Assembly: GCF_006345805.1 (NCBI RefSeq)
Contig: NC_043010.1
Span: 34,720,001 to 34,784,000 of the forward strand
Length of the DNA stretch: 64,000 nt
Direction: 5' to 3'
DNA from: Octopus sinensis
Taxonomy: Eukaryota
Shown here: piece after piece, positions 39,471 to 51,964 of the stretch
Layout: each line of letters opens with the position of its first letter
How positions within the stretch are numbered: position 1 is the stretch's first letter
Translations under genes and position numbers: made by a program
Notes under the pieces: generated by a model
What the model saw: only the letters and a program-made list of their open reading frames with translations
What the model was told of the DNA's origin: nothing
Databases searched by the model: none

Positions 39471-41561
39471 CTGAAAAGCAGAAGAACAAGATGGTGAAAA
39501 ATTTCCCAAACAACTAAAACACAGAAAAGAAAAGAAAAGAAGAAAACATTTATGTAAGTAACTGGAACATCTTAAAAAATTTGAAAGAAATAATTGTTAA
39601 ATGACAAAACAAAATTAAATGCATGAAGTGAGGTGTTAAGATTATTTGAATGTATTAAATATTTAGTTATTAATCTTTAGACAGTCTTTATTTCACTTTC
39701 TGTCTCTGCTGCATGCCACATCAGACTGTTCTTTGACAGGTCCAGTAGCATATCAGTTTTTATGTGGGAAAAGGTGATTGACTCTTCATTTGTTCATTCC
39801 CTATTTCTGGAGAAAGGTGAGTAGCCACCCATGACTCACCAACCGCACAACATAGCTGAGAGAGAGAGAGAGAGAGAGAGATGGGAGAGAGAGACACAGA
39901 TAGATTAATAGAAAACTTGACTCCTATCGCTATCTTTTGACTAAAACTTTATGACCCATTAACCCCCACTGAAAAGATGAATTGCAAAGTTGACCTAGAC
40001 AGGATTTGAACCCAGAGCACAGAAAATCAGAACAAATATCTCAAGGCATGCTATCTGACTGCCACTTTGCTGCCTTTGTTTGCTCCAGCTCTCTGTATTC
40101 CTGAGTTCAAATTCTGGCATGGTTAACTTTGCTTTTCATGCTTTCATATTCAATATAGTACTCCTCAAGTGCTGAAGTCAAACTTCTCTCCCCCTCCACC
40201 ACTCTCTCTTAAATCTGCTATATTGTGCTATGAGAAGGGTCTATGCTAGAATTTTGTCAATATGATCTGCAATCATCATCAGCTATATATATATATATAT
40301 ATATAATATATATATATATTTTTTTTTATCTGGAACCTTTAATCATAAATTAAGTGCAATGTCTTTATCCACTAAATTAGTAGTGAATAAAAATGTCAAT
40401 ATTCATAGTTTCCAAATAAAAATTCCAATTTCAAATCCAGTTAGGTACCATGCATATAGCCAATAATATGACACCCAATGATGATGAGATGAAACTGGTG
40501 AAGTTGTAGTACAAATTTAAGTAATAAAATATTATTATGAAGAGGAGGTTAATAACCTTGTTAACAATTAATTTCAAAAATTTAAACATTAAACAAACCA
40601 TATATAACTTTTATTAACTTTTTACAAAACCCCTCCCTTTTCCCTACCCAATAAAAGCCAACACACTATATGTACTGTTAAATGGGAGCTAATATATTTA
40701 ATGCAGTGAGCTCAGACCCAGTCTAGTTAATTAATTAAGATTAAACCTATAGTGAGGAGAAAAAAAAAGGACAGCCATTAGCTTTAAAAAATCTGGCTGA
40801 AAAAGACAAGGGAGATAACTCTGAAATCCAAATTATAATTAATTTAAACAGGGGACATGCTGTGGAGAGGGAGTGTTTCTGGCAAGTACAGTGACAACTC
40901 CAGAGGGCATGCTTTGATCTTAGAAATTCTCACCAAAGGATAGTTTTAGCAGTACACTTGCCAGACCAGAGAAGACAGCAATAAAAAGATTTTGAATGAA
41001 TGAACACTGACAGGCATAACAACTTAAAATAGATATTGGAGGTGGGTGAGAAGTGGAAATTACCCAGGGATGCTTTTTGCATGAAAACGCATAGTGAAGA
41101 TCTTATCTTTGAACTTGTAATCTGTATACTATTTTTGCCTGAGCTGAACTAATGCTCCCTTCATTCTCACTCTGGTTATTTAGTCTTTGTCCCGTATTTT
41201 ACACTAAACACTTCTCCCCAATTCTCCTTTCCCCAGAAAAGCCTCCCACTGAAAAATCAAACTCACACCTACCCATGTTTTCTATACAGACATCAGCCTC
41301 TGAGCCTACCAGCTCAAAAAGGATTCACCACACTGAATAATGTAGTCTTAAATACATTATGCACAAGAGAAATAGAATGGTCATGACAGAATGCCTTTGA
41401 TAAAAGTCAGCTCGGTTAAGGATGACCTGGGACTAAGGAACTGCAATAATGTACAGAAGTTGAAGCTGAATATCAACAAGTGACTCCTATATGGAGACTA
41501 TCAACAGTGTGCTATTGGGAGAGTAATATAGCATCTTATATACTAAAACAGTGTATAACAT

Positions 41562-41808
41562 GTTCCTTCTCGAGCCATGCGAGGCTCATGAGGGCCGGTT
41601 TCCCAGTTTCAGTGGTGTAGAAATTCCCCACCTGGACAGGATGCTGGTCCCTCGCAGGACTACTCGTTTTTGCTAGCTGAGTGGACTGGAGCAATGTGAA
41701 ATGAAGTGTTTTGCTCAAGAACACAATGCATTGCCCGGTCCAGGAATCGAAACCACAACCATACGATCATGAGTTCAACACCCTAACCACTAAGCCACGC
41801 ACCTCCAC
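41562..41808 (-). mobile_element. tRNA-derived SINE (body B, tail X) with 14-bp TSD
   Basis: TSD ACAGTGTATAACAT at 41548-41561 and 41809-41822; head GTGGAGGTGCGTGGCTTAGTGG..., B box GGTTTCGATTCC. Confidence 0.85.
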
Positions 41809-42186
41809 ACAGTGTATAACATACTAACGGAATATCAAATGAAATATTCTTTTTTCCATGTGATACTTAAATGAAAAAGTATTTCTTATTCTTTATTGGT
41901 ATCAGTCTTTGGACAGTAGCTACAGTGAGGTATCATTTTCAAAGACCTTTATCTGTGAATTATTTTATCAATGTCGTAAAGGAAGAAATAGAAAAGGATA
42001 TAAGTGGAAAGGATGAAAATATCACAAAGTATTTTTTTTATTGTTCAATGAACTAATTTTGTTTGGCTACCTCTGCTAACACACACATTTTTATTAATTG
42101 CTGACTCTGTATTAAGGGGTAGAGCCTATGATTTTGAAGGCTCTCAAAGACTAGTGAGACTGATGTTGTTAATATTCCATTTAAAC

Positions 42187-42343
42187 CAGGCATTGGCAAC
42201 TTTCACCAAGAAGCGGGCTGCATGAGATATTGCTCATTATGAGGCAAACAGCACAACTAAAATATTTTAAAAAAACATTATTTTCTTGTGATATTAGGTG
42301 TGCCATTCAAAACGTCTCATGGGCTACAATTTGCCCATGACTA
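42187..42343. mobile_element. hAT-type MITE
   Basis: TIRs CAGGCATTGGCAA / TTGCCCATGACTA; 8-bp TSD ATTTAAAC / GTTTAAAC. Confidence 0.6.
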
Positions 42344-42639
42344 GTTTAAACTGATAAGAGTTGACACCTGTGAAAAAGACATGAACAGGAAAGAGATTTC
42401 GGTTTGCTGACGTTCTGGGAAGGAATGGCTCAGAGTAGTGGTCAGTAAAAGGTCTTTGGTAGGGGATGCAACAGAAGTGTTAAGGGGAAGAGAAACAAGA
42501 GATCAGGAACATCTGAGAGAAGGAAATACAAGACCAATCAACTTTGAGGAACGGAGGTCCTTACAGTAGTGGTTCCCACATGCAAAGATATATGTGATGA
42601 AATACCTCACAGAAGATGTTAGTTGATCAGCATTTCAAT

Positions 42640-42868
42640 TTAACCCTTTCGTTATCATATTTCTGTTAAAAGATGCTACCTTTGTTTCAATTACTTTTGA
42701 AAATAATGAAGAATTTAGTAGAATGACTGTCATTATTAAGCTGGTATTTTGGAACATAAATTAACATGAATTTTTTTTGGAAGGTTTTAATTTAGATCAG
42801 TTTCAAATAGAAACTTTCTATCATGGAATTTGTGTGAGATGAGGGTGGATTGGTATCAAAATAGTTAA
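42640..42868. mobile_element. TTAA-flanked piggyBac-like MITE (inverted homologue of ~22600-23135)
   Basis: TTAACCCTTTCGTTA...GGTATCAAAATAGTTAA; the interior matches the reverse complement of the element hosting the 22668 SINE. Confidence 0.65.
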
Positions 42869-44307
42869 CTGAACAAAATAATTTCTTTACTGATTTGAAT
42901 ATCCCCCACCCAAGCTCAAAATAGTAAATGATTTCTAGTTTAGGTAGAAGGAACAGTTTTATAAAGTGAGGAAACAGTACTATATTGATCCTAGCAATTA
43001 ACTGAATGATTTGAAACAAAAATAGTGATTCGTTGTCACCAATACACACTTTCACCAAACACTAGTACAGATACCACAACTACGATCATTGCATGTTCAA
43101 GAGATCTGGAGACATTTGCAGGCAATTCCATGCTTCAGTTAATCACAGAATGGCAGATGGAGAAAGAAGCAGAAGGATTTTGAAGAATTTGTTTTTGTAT
43201 TTTTTTTATTTATTAATGGATTATTATAATCATTTTTTAATTTTCTTTTCTTTGCTTTTAAAAAAAAAATTTTTTTCAGTTGCAAAAGATCTCGCAAACA
43301 CACCAAACAAAGAATCACAGACAACACAAAACTATGAAATGATAGCAATCATCAAATTGTTATGTTTTTTCCAAATTTTCTTTGTTTTGAGAATCTGAAT
43401 GATATTGACATTTTTGAGGGTCAAAAACCAAACAAAAATTAATAAATAAAATAAAAATATATAAATAATATTAACAATATATTAATAGCATGGTTTTTAA
43501 CAGATATGAAGCCCTGTATTTTAAAGAGAGATAATGTTGATTGTATTGACTTTGGTGATTGCCAGCTACTTAATTTTATTGCTCTAGGAAGAATGAAAAT
43601 CAAAGCTGAGCTTGTTTGGATGATTTGAGCTCAGAACCTAAAGGGATGTAACAAATTAGCACAAGGAGTTTTGTCAGTTGCTCGACAGATTCTGACATTC
43701 ATTGCCCTTAAATAACAGGGGCATCTTTTTCAGAAATAATAACATAACAGCTTCAAATTTTGGCATAAGGCCAGTAGTTTTGAGGGGAAGAGGAAAGTTG
43801 ATAACATCAATCCCTGTGTTCAACTGGTACTTATTTTATCAACCTTGAAAGGATGAAAGACAAAGTTGATCTTGATAGAATTTGAACTCAGGGTGTAAAA
43901 AGCTGGAAGAAATGTCTCTAAGCATTTTACCCAACATCTTAACAATTCTGCCAGTTTATCACAATCACATTCAGGAGTAACAAGGAGAGAAAGAGAAAAT
44001 GTTAATTAAATTAGATTTTAATATTCACTCTTCAATTCATTTTTCCATAAATTTCATGATGCAACAGAAATTGCTGTACTATTTCATAATCATTTGACTC
44101 CTCCTATAGCTAACTGCTCTACCTTATTGCAGGTGGTGGCCACCTTATCTCAGAAAGATAGAATGAATGAAACAAATCCATGCTTTACCTACTGCTCTAC
44201 TCCAAAAAGCAGTAGCAGCAAATAAAGCTTGAATTTGTGACACACCCTTCATATCCATCCATTACTTCATTGTGACATAAGGATGGATAAACAATTCTCA
44301 GCAATGT

Positions 44308-44630
44308 TTTTAGGAAGCACTCCATCGGTTACGACGATGAGGGTTCCGGTTGATCCGAATCAACGGAACAGCCTGCTCGTGAAATTAACGTGTAAGTGGC
44401 TGAGCACTCCACAGACACGTGCACCCTTAACGTAGTTCTTGGGGATATTCAGCGTGACACAGAGAGTGACAAGGCCGGCCCTTTGAAATACAGGTACAAC
44501 AGAAACAGGAAGTAAGAGTGAGAGAAAGTTGTGGTGAAAGAGTACGGCAGGGATCACCAACATCCCTGCCGGAGCGTCGTGGAGCTTTTAGGTGTTTTCG
44601 CTCAATAAACACTCACAACGCCCGGTCTAC
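44308..44630 (-). mobile_element. 5'-truncated SINE (body A, tail Y) with 14-bp TSD
   Basis: TSD ATTCTCAGCAATGT at 44294-44307 and 44631-44644; CpG-rich, so probably young. Confidence 0.85.
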
Positions 44631-46542
44631 ATTCTCAGCAATGTAGACTGATTGAAACAAACAACATCATTATGCATTGCACAAGAACAAAACTCAAAAA
44701 GCAGTTTGTAAGAATGTTTCATACCCCCTAACCACTTTACCATGAAATATGCATGATTGCCTAGTCTTCAGCTGGGAAAATTGAGTCAAGCAGTAGTACA
44801 ACATGAAGTTGCAACTAATAAGACTTGATCCCAGTACATTCTAGCTGGTCTTGACTTCACCTATGTGGATACTCTAACGATTTGGAGTGGTTGGTTATTT
44901 TTGACTGAAGTCAAAAATTCTAGTACCATGCATACCCCGCCCCACACACACAGATGTAATGTATGATTTAACTTGCTTAAACAGAAGCATGATGAAATAT
45001 CTATAGCAGCTGAGGTTTGAACTCATCCCACTGTAGTTCAGTGTAGCCCAGCAACACTTTAACACATGATATTTGATGTGAGCCCCATCCCAACACAACC
45101 CCCAAAAAGCAAAACAAAACAAAAAAAAAACTGGTTTAAAAATATAAAAGAAAGAAAAATTTATTGGGTTCCAGAAGAACCTTTGCCACTTAAACTTGAT
45201 AAAATGACAACAACAAAAGCAAAATATTAATAAAATAAGACAAGATACAAAGAAGAGAAATAAAAACAAGATGGAGGAGGAGCAAATGAAGAGAAGTAAG
45301 AGTAGATGGTTAAATAGAGAAATAAAGAAACAAATGAAAACAAACAGGCGCTGGGGGAAAGGAAAACGGGGGGAGGTTCAGTTTTAAAAATGCAGGGAGA
45401 GAACATTGACAGTAAAGATATATATATATATGTATATATACGCACACACACATATATATACAAACATATATACACATATACGTACACATATATACAAACA
45501 CACACACATATATATATATACACACACATACATGTGTTGTGTGTATGTGTGTATATATATATATGAGTGTGTATTGGTGGGTGTATGTATATATGTATGT
45601 ATACATGTGTATCTGTGACAGGTTAAAGAAGAGAAGACAGAGGATAATATGAAGCAGGTGATGGAGGGTGTTATAATGAGTCTCTCTACACCAGAGCTTG
45701 CTGGACAAACAAAAGAGCAAGGTCAAGAGTGCAGAGGTCAGAGGTTGGAATGTGTTGTATGAAATTTTACCTGTGAAATGAAGGATGACAATGAGCCAGG
45801 ACATCACTAGTGCCTAGAAACAAAGATTAAGGAGAAAAACTTAAAGAATATAAAATGGAATTAGCAACAATGATGATGGTAATGATGATGATGCTGATGA
45901 CAATAATGAAAATGGCTTCTTATCAGAGCAAGGCCACACACTTTTAAGGAAAGTGATATAAATCAAGTGAATCAACCCCAGTTGTAGCTCTTTAACTCCA
46001 GGTCTGTTTTGATTGAGCAGGCCTATGATAAAAAAAAACAAATCAAACATTCCAGTCATGACCCACCACCACCACCATCTCCATTACCTTGTTTTTTGAT
46101 TTTTTTTTTTAAAGATGGTGGTGCATGATTCAAGGGTGATTTTTGGTTGCTATTTTTAGCAAGCTGACTGCCTATAGAAGCAGCTCCTTCATTATGTTTA
46201 TGGTACTTTCTACTTTAGTTACCAAATCCACTCTGTCCCATCTCTATCAAGAAGGGTTGAAAGGTAAAAATATACAAAATCTTTTAAATGAAATATAAAA
46301 AGTATCAAAAAATTTTATGTTGAATTTGACAAGAATTATTTGATATATATATTCTTTTTTGTTAGTGAAGTCTTGAGAAAGGGAGAGTACTTATAGTCTT
46401 TGCAAGCCCTTCTAGAACCTAAAGATGTGCAACAAAACAGTGTAAGACAGGAGATATGATGCTCAGCTGTTTCTGTCTTTTTATAGAAAATTACTATTTG
46501 TGAATTTCTCAATGAGAGATATTCAGTAATAGTACTCTAGAG

Positions 46543-46766
46543 TAAAGATTATTTACCAACATAACACAGCAGTCCTGGTTTAGGATGAATGTTGCTGAGA
46601 CATCGTCTCCAGCTGGCTATATGACACAATCTGTGTCCCTTGTTCGTAAATATAAGGACACAGATCATGTCATACAGCCAGCTGGAGATGATGTCTCCTG
46701 GGACTAAATTACAGCAACATTTGTCCTAAACCAGGACTGCCATGTTATGTTGGCAAATAGTCTTTA
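46543..46766. mobile_element. Fold-back (hairpin) MITE-like element
   Basis: Imperfect arms of about 95-110 bp (CAGTCCTGGTTTAGGA/TCCTAAACCAGGACTG, CTCCAGCTGGCT/AGCCAGCTGGAG, ATCTGTGTCC/GGACACAGAT) with a short loop. Confidence 0.7.
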
Positions 46767-46784
46767 ATGTCTTTTAACCATGAT

Positions 46785-47080
46785 GAGAAGGCACATGGCT
46801 TAGTGGTTATGGCATTTGGCTTGATCACAAGATCATGAGTTTGATTCCAGGAGGCATGTTGTGACTTTTTATTTTATGTTGCTTCAGTCCACTCAGCTGA
46901 CAAATATGGGTAGTGCCTGTATTTTAAAGAGCCAGTCTTATCATATTCTGTGTCACTTCGAATCTGAGAACTATGTTAAGGGTACATGTGTCTGTGGAGT
47001 GCTCAGCCGCATTTCATGAGCAGGCTGTTCCGTTGATCAGATCAACTGGAACCCTTGTTGTCACAACCAATGGAGCACCA
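46785..47080 (+). mobile_element. Older SINE (body B, tail Y)
   Basis: Head GGCACATGGCTTAGTGG, body TTGCTTCAGTCCACTCAGCTG, tail TTAAGGGTACATGTGTCTGTGGAGTGCTCAGCC...GAGCAGGCTGTTCCGTTGATC. Confidence 0.75.
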
Positions 47081-48390
47081 GTCAACGTTGATGTTGACTG
47101 ATATAGCACTGACTCATTGGGTCTTGTCAAACTGTCCAACCCACACCAGCATGGGAGTGACACATCAAATGATGAGGATGGCGAGGATGCACAAGGCTTG
47201 AAATTTTGGTTGAGGGAACAGTCTCCTGTTCCATTAGCAAAGGTGGAAATTATTATTATTTTCATTTCACTTCTCAGTGCTCACGATTTCACTTTAATTC
47301 TGTTAATTCTGTAAGGAAGGGCAGCAATTTGTTGTCAAAAATCACACAGGGTCTCTTTTTGTGATACTTAAACCCAAGTATCAATAACAAGATCCTAGCT
47401 ATCCCCAATAAAGTAGTTTTCTGCCTTCATGCCAATTCCAATTTCCTCAACATATTTCTCAAACCTGGTTGTTGTTATTATCAGTACAACTGTACTTGAG
47501 TTCACTTGCATTGTCTATTATTTCCTCTCCAACATTTCCTTTAAGGACTACTCAAGGAGACGGAAGTAAAGCCAATGATTTTTATTTATTTTGCTTATAT
47601 CAAAATTTGAAGAAGATATTTTAAATGAAAGATGTCAACTGGCAACTAGTTAATAATAAATTGTTATATATCTTTCTTTGCTTCTTCTTGGCTAGATACC
47701 ATACTATGAGTGATATGTGTTGATTCAATTCTCTGTTAGGAATTGAAACCAAGACTTGTGATTTTGTGAACAATGTCACAAGAACAACAATACTTTTTAT
47801 TATAACTATTATTAATATATTAATCATTACATAACTTATTGTTTCCTCAGCCTGTTACATGACTCTAAATTCATCCCTGCAAACAGATACAACATTTACT
47901 AATTAATATAATTAGCAAATGGTATCTGTTGGCAGCTCTTCTTGCAGCTGTCAATAGGTACTATTTGAAGGTTCTTACAAGAACTCACTAACAGTACCTA
48001 TTAACAGTAAGGTGAACAGTACCTTCTTCTATGGTACATATTTACAGCTTGGCAGACTGTACTTTCACTTGGCACTTATTCACTTTTAGGCAGAATATAC
48101 CTATGGATGGTCTCTATTTATAGTCAGGTGAACTGTGTTAACTAAATGGTACAGCAAGATGAATTGACCTACTAATGAACCAAGTGTCTTGACCAGGGAT
48201 ACAGTACCACACCAGTGATGCAAAGTAGCCTTACACTCCTTCGGAGACATTGTCAGATTCTCTTGTGCCTCAGTCAGCTGTGATTATTTCTTGTTTTATG
48301 TTGTTTTTGTAGTTTATAATTAGGTTCTATTTTTATATCAAAGTAGAAAAAAAAATTCAAGAAAGAAAACTCAATAGTTATGAAGCTTAC

Positions 48391-49739
48391 CTGTAGTCTG
48401 GCATTCTAAAGTAATCTTGAGGAGAAGCTGGTGAGTCAGAAGGTAACGAAGCGGTAGAATCTAAAGGCAGGTCACAGTGATCTTCTGAGGGATCTTGACT
48501 GGGGTCCTGGGGTTTAGCCATATCACACCATTCATACAATGCAGAGGAACCAGTTGCAAAGGGGTCAGCACTGTTACCACTTTTATTTTCAGCAAGAACA
48601 GGGGCAGGTTCTGCTGTCTTGCTCACTTCTTTATTTTCAGCTTTGATATTTGTGGTTTCAGCTGCATTTTGATTCTGATCAGAAGACCTATCAGTGGTAT
48701 TTGAGTGAGTCCTTTCTTGTTTAGAATTCGGTGACTTTAGATCATCAGATGTGGGATTTGGCTGTCCCCATGGAAATAGGTTGAAAGCACTTATAGTGGG
48801 TGTATTTCTATATGCAGCTCCTCCTTCAACATTAGCTTTACTTTCAGGTGTTTTACTTGATTTATTTGGAAGCAGAAGCTTATCAAAGAGTTTGATAATA
48901 TCAAATGAATTAGCAGATGGCTGACTTTCTAGTTTTGGCATGGAGGATTTAGGACCAGAGCTGTTATTAAAGCTGTTTTTGTTATCAGATTTAAGTTCAT
49001 TTGTTTCAGACTTTGACGGATTTGCTTCACAGTATTTATCTAACACTTCTTGTACTAAACTTTCACTTGCTTTGTTTGAAGATGTTCCTTTTTTAGAACT
49101 TTCTTCATTCTTCAGGCTCGTGTCAGAGTGGGACTCTTTTATTGAGTTAGAAGAATCTGGTTCACTGTCAAAACTGTACTCAGTCAGTTCTTTTCTGTAT
49201 GGTTGTTTGCGTTTGCTGGTGCCGATTCCCAGAAACTTCTGTGCTATGTTGGAGACTGATAGTGAAGTTGATTGCTCAAGATCACTGGTTTCACTAGCAT
49301 CAGGGAAAAGCTCATCTAAAAGGCTTTGACTTTGTTTCTCATTATCTGTATTTTTAGAGTCCTTTGAGCATGTTGATGTTTTAGATTCATCAATCCTTTC
49401 CATTTCGGTGACTGATTTTACTTCTAAAGGTGATTCAACATTAGATCCTAGCAGTGTGGAGTTACTTGTACTGGATACAGACTCAGTGTCGTCATTAGAC
49501 AGTGGTAAAGAGTCTGCTAGCTGGTCCATATTGAGGATATCTTCTGTGACTTTATATTCTGATGAGTCCCCAAGTGTAGCTTTGGAAAGTGAGGTGCCCA
49601 GCCGTGAAATAGAAGGTGACACCTTCTGTGCAACATTGGCCACAACAGACTTGGCTTTTGGTAAGGCATTAGCTGTTGAGCTACTCAACCATTTCCAGGC
49701 TTTTGCAGCTGACTGACCTAAAGCATTCTCTTCAGATGC
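48391..49739 (-). CDS. RUSC2: RUSC-like large exon: Ser-rich, probably disordered linker between RUN and SH3
   Basis: 1349-nt open exon inside the 468-aa ORF, acceptor TCCAG|GCA, donor AG|GTAAGC, phase 0/2 matching both neighbours. Confidence 0.88.
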
Positions 49740-50282
49740 CTGGATTTTGACAGGAAGAAAATAAAAAGAGAAAGGATTAATTATAAAATACATCTGTTTC
49801 TGATAATAAATAATGCATTTTTAACAAATGATTTTTAAAGATGAAATGTAGTTTTTTTAGATTAACAATTTCCTTTATATTCGTTCAAAAGTCTAAACTG
49901 ACCATGATAGACTCATATAGATACAAGTAGGAAAATCTAACTCCAAAATATTGGAAGACAAAGAGTCAGATTTATGCAGAAAAATTACTAAGCAAATTAA
50001 TAGAAGCAGGAAAGCTTTCAAACAATATAAACAAATTAGTTCTTGCTATAAGGTACGTTTAGGATAGATAACAACTCTAACTCCAGAGAAAAATAAGAGA
50101 AAAATCTGTGTCCTGCCAGTGATAAAAGACTCATCCACAGGCATAAGGAAAATATATCTTACAAATCTGAAACTGTACCAACAAAGAACCAGAAAATGTC
50201 TAGATAGTTTTCAGTTTTCCATCAATAACCATGTTAGAAAAGAGTATGATAGTAAATAACATAGTATTAAAGTGCTACATAC

Positions 50283-50613
50283 CTCTTCATATCTAACCGA
50301 AGGAGAGCTTAGCTTCATTGATTCCTCAGACAAACTTCCTGCAGAAGGTTCTGACAAAGTGGCACCACCTTCCCGCGACTGGGTCATTTCGCCACTGGCT
50401 TGATTCTGGCCACCGCTGCCACAGACAAAGTCAAGATCGAGCTGGAATGGTAAAACAGATAAGGGCTGCAAAGAGAGAAGCATTTCCTCATAAGCATCAC
50501 CCAGATCGCTAATGTAGAGCTGCTGTTGCAGCAAGGCATTGTTGTTGTAAAAGTGGCAGATGACATTGTCTCTGTGGCGCAGGTAACCTAGCCAGAAGTC
50601 CAATAGACGTGAA
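50283..50613 (-). CDS. RUSC2: RUSC-like exon, end of RUN domain
   Basis: 331 nt, phase 2/0, donor GAG|GTATGT. Encodes SRLLDFWLGYL...HFYNNNALL...EEMLLSLQPLSVLPFQLDL (RUN C-terminal motif). Confidence 0.92.
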
Positions 50614-50882
50614 CTGCAACAGAAGAATTACAGAAAATAATTTTAGAGTCTGATTAAAATGATCATGATATGGCCTAAAACGATAGTGATAATGAAGAAG
50701 TGATGATGACTATGATGATGATGATGATGATAATAATAATGGTTGTATAAACAATGATGCCAATTAATGATAATGAAAATGAGATAATAATGATGAGAAT
50801 ATAGGAAGATGTTAATGACTAGTATTGATGGAAATAGCATTAATTACAAAAAAGATAATGCTTATAATGAAGATAAACCTAC

Positions 50883-50988
50883 TTCAACAGTGCAAAGATA
50901 AAAGCATCAAATCTGTGTTTGTTCGAAGACAGATTTGGCCTGTTCCTAAGCTCTTTCACAATGTCACATATTGCTCTGGTAGAAGGGC
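50883..50988 (-). CDS. RUSC2: RUSC-like exon, RUN domain (not in ORF track)
   Basis: 106 nt, phase 1/2, TTCTTTCAG acceptor, AA|GTAGGT donor. Encodes GPSTRAICDIVKELRNRPNLSSNKHRFDAFIFALLN (RUN RxxAFIxxLLN motif). Confidence 0.9.
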
Positions 50989-51786
50989 CTGAAAGAAGAA
51001 ACAACTGAGATTAATAATATACACAATTTGAATTCCAGTTAATTTACAATGAAATAATACACAATGGATAAAATCTACAGATAATCTTGGATTATTCATT
51101 CTTTGGAAGCAGCACTTAAGTTTAATTTCCATAATCCTTAGTTGTTGGTATTAATGCCTGTAATTATTCTATAAACACTTTAATGAATAGGCTAATAATT
51201 TCATACATGGCAGTTGAGAGCAGCATTATAAACAAATGCTAATCCAGATAAATATTTTAAAATACGTCTGTGAGGGAGACTGCTTGAAGTAGCAGCAAAC
51301 TCTCCCTGACATTAAAAAAAAAAACTAGGTCATTTGGGATAATATAGGTAAATAGACATGGTCACAACTGGAGCACATTTGACAGCAGATCTCCTCAGTC
51401 ATGGCTAAACTGGCAATAAACAACACCTATTATTATAGGTAAAAGATCACAAATTGCAGGTGCGATTATTTGTTTACCACATATGTGCATGTGTGGGCAC
51501 TTTATTTCACGTTGCTCCTGTTCACTCAACTGTAGAAATGAGGTGCTATGTCACTGGTGCCAAAGCTGTATCGGTTTTTGCCTTAATCTTGGATAACATC
51601 GGTAGTGTGGAAAAGGGAAGCTGGTATGCATGGACAACTGCTGGTCTTCCATAAACAAGCTTGTCCAGACTTGTGCCTCAGAGGGTAACTTTTTAGGTGC
51701 AATCCTATGGTCATTCATCTTTTTTCTACTTTATATATAAATTAGAAAAATATTATATTTTGTGAAATTTGATTTAGTATTTCTAA

Positions 51787-51827
51787 ATTGAATTTTTCCC
51801 TGTAAGTTTGGAATAATATTCCCTCAT

Positions 51828-51904
<77 letters not shown>

Positions 51905-51964
51905 TATATATAATAATAATAATATGAGGGAATATTATTCCAAACTTACAGGGAAAAATTCAAT
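51787..51964. repeat. Perfect ~54-bp inverted repeat bracketing a (TA)n tract
   Basis: ATTGAATTTTTCCCTGTAAGTTTGGAATAATATTCCCTCATATTATT... and its reverse complement at 51911-51964. Confidence 0.8.

Noticed and set aside
40470-40510. Hammerhead-like ATGATGA...GAAACTGGTG
   Set aside because: Core C is missing, there is no stem II and no valid cleavage triplet; too degenerate to call.
48495-49716. Plus-strand ORFs of 69, 129 and 102 aa, and similar ones at 39303 and 50318
   Set aside because: Antisense shadows of RUSC coding exons.
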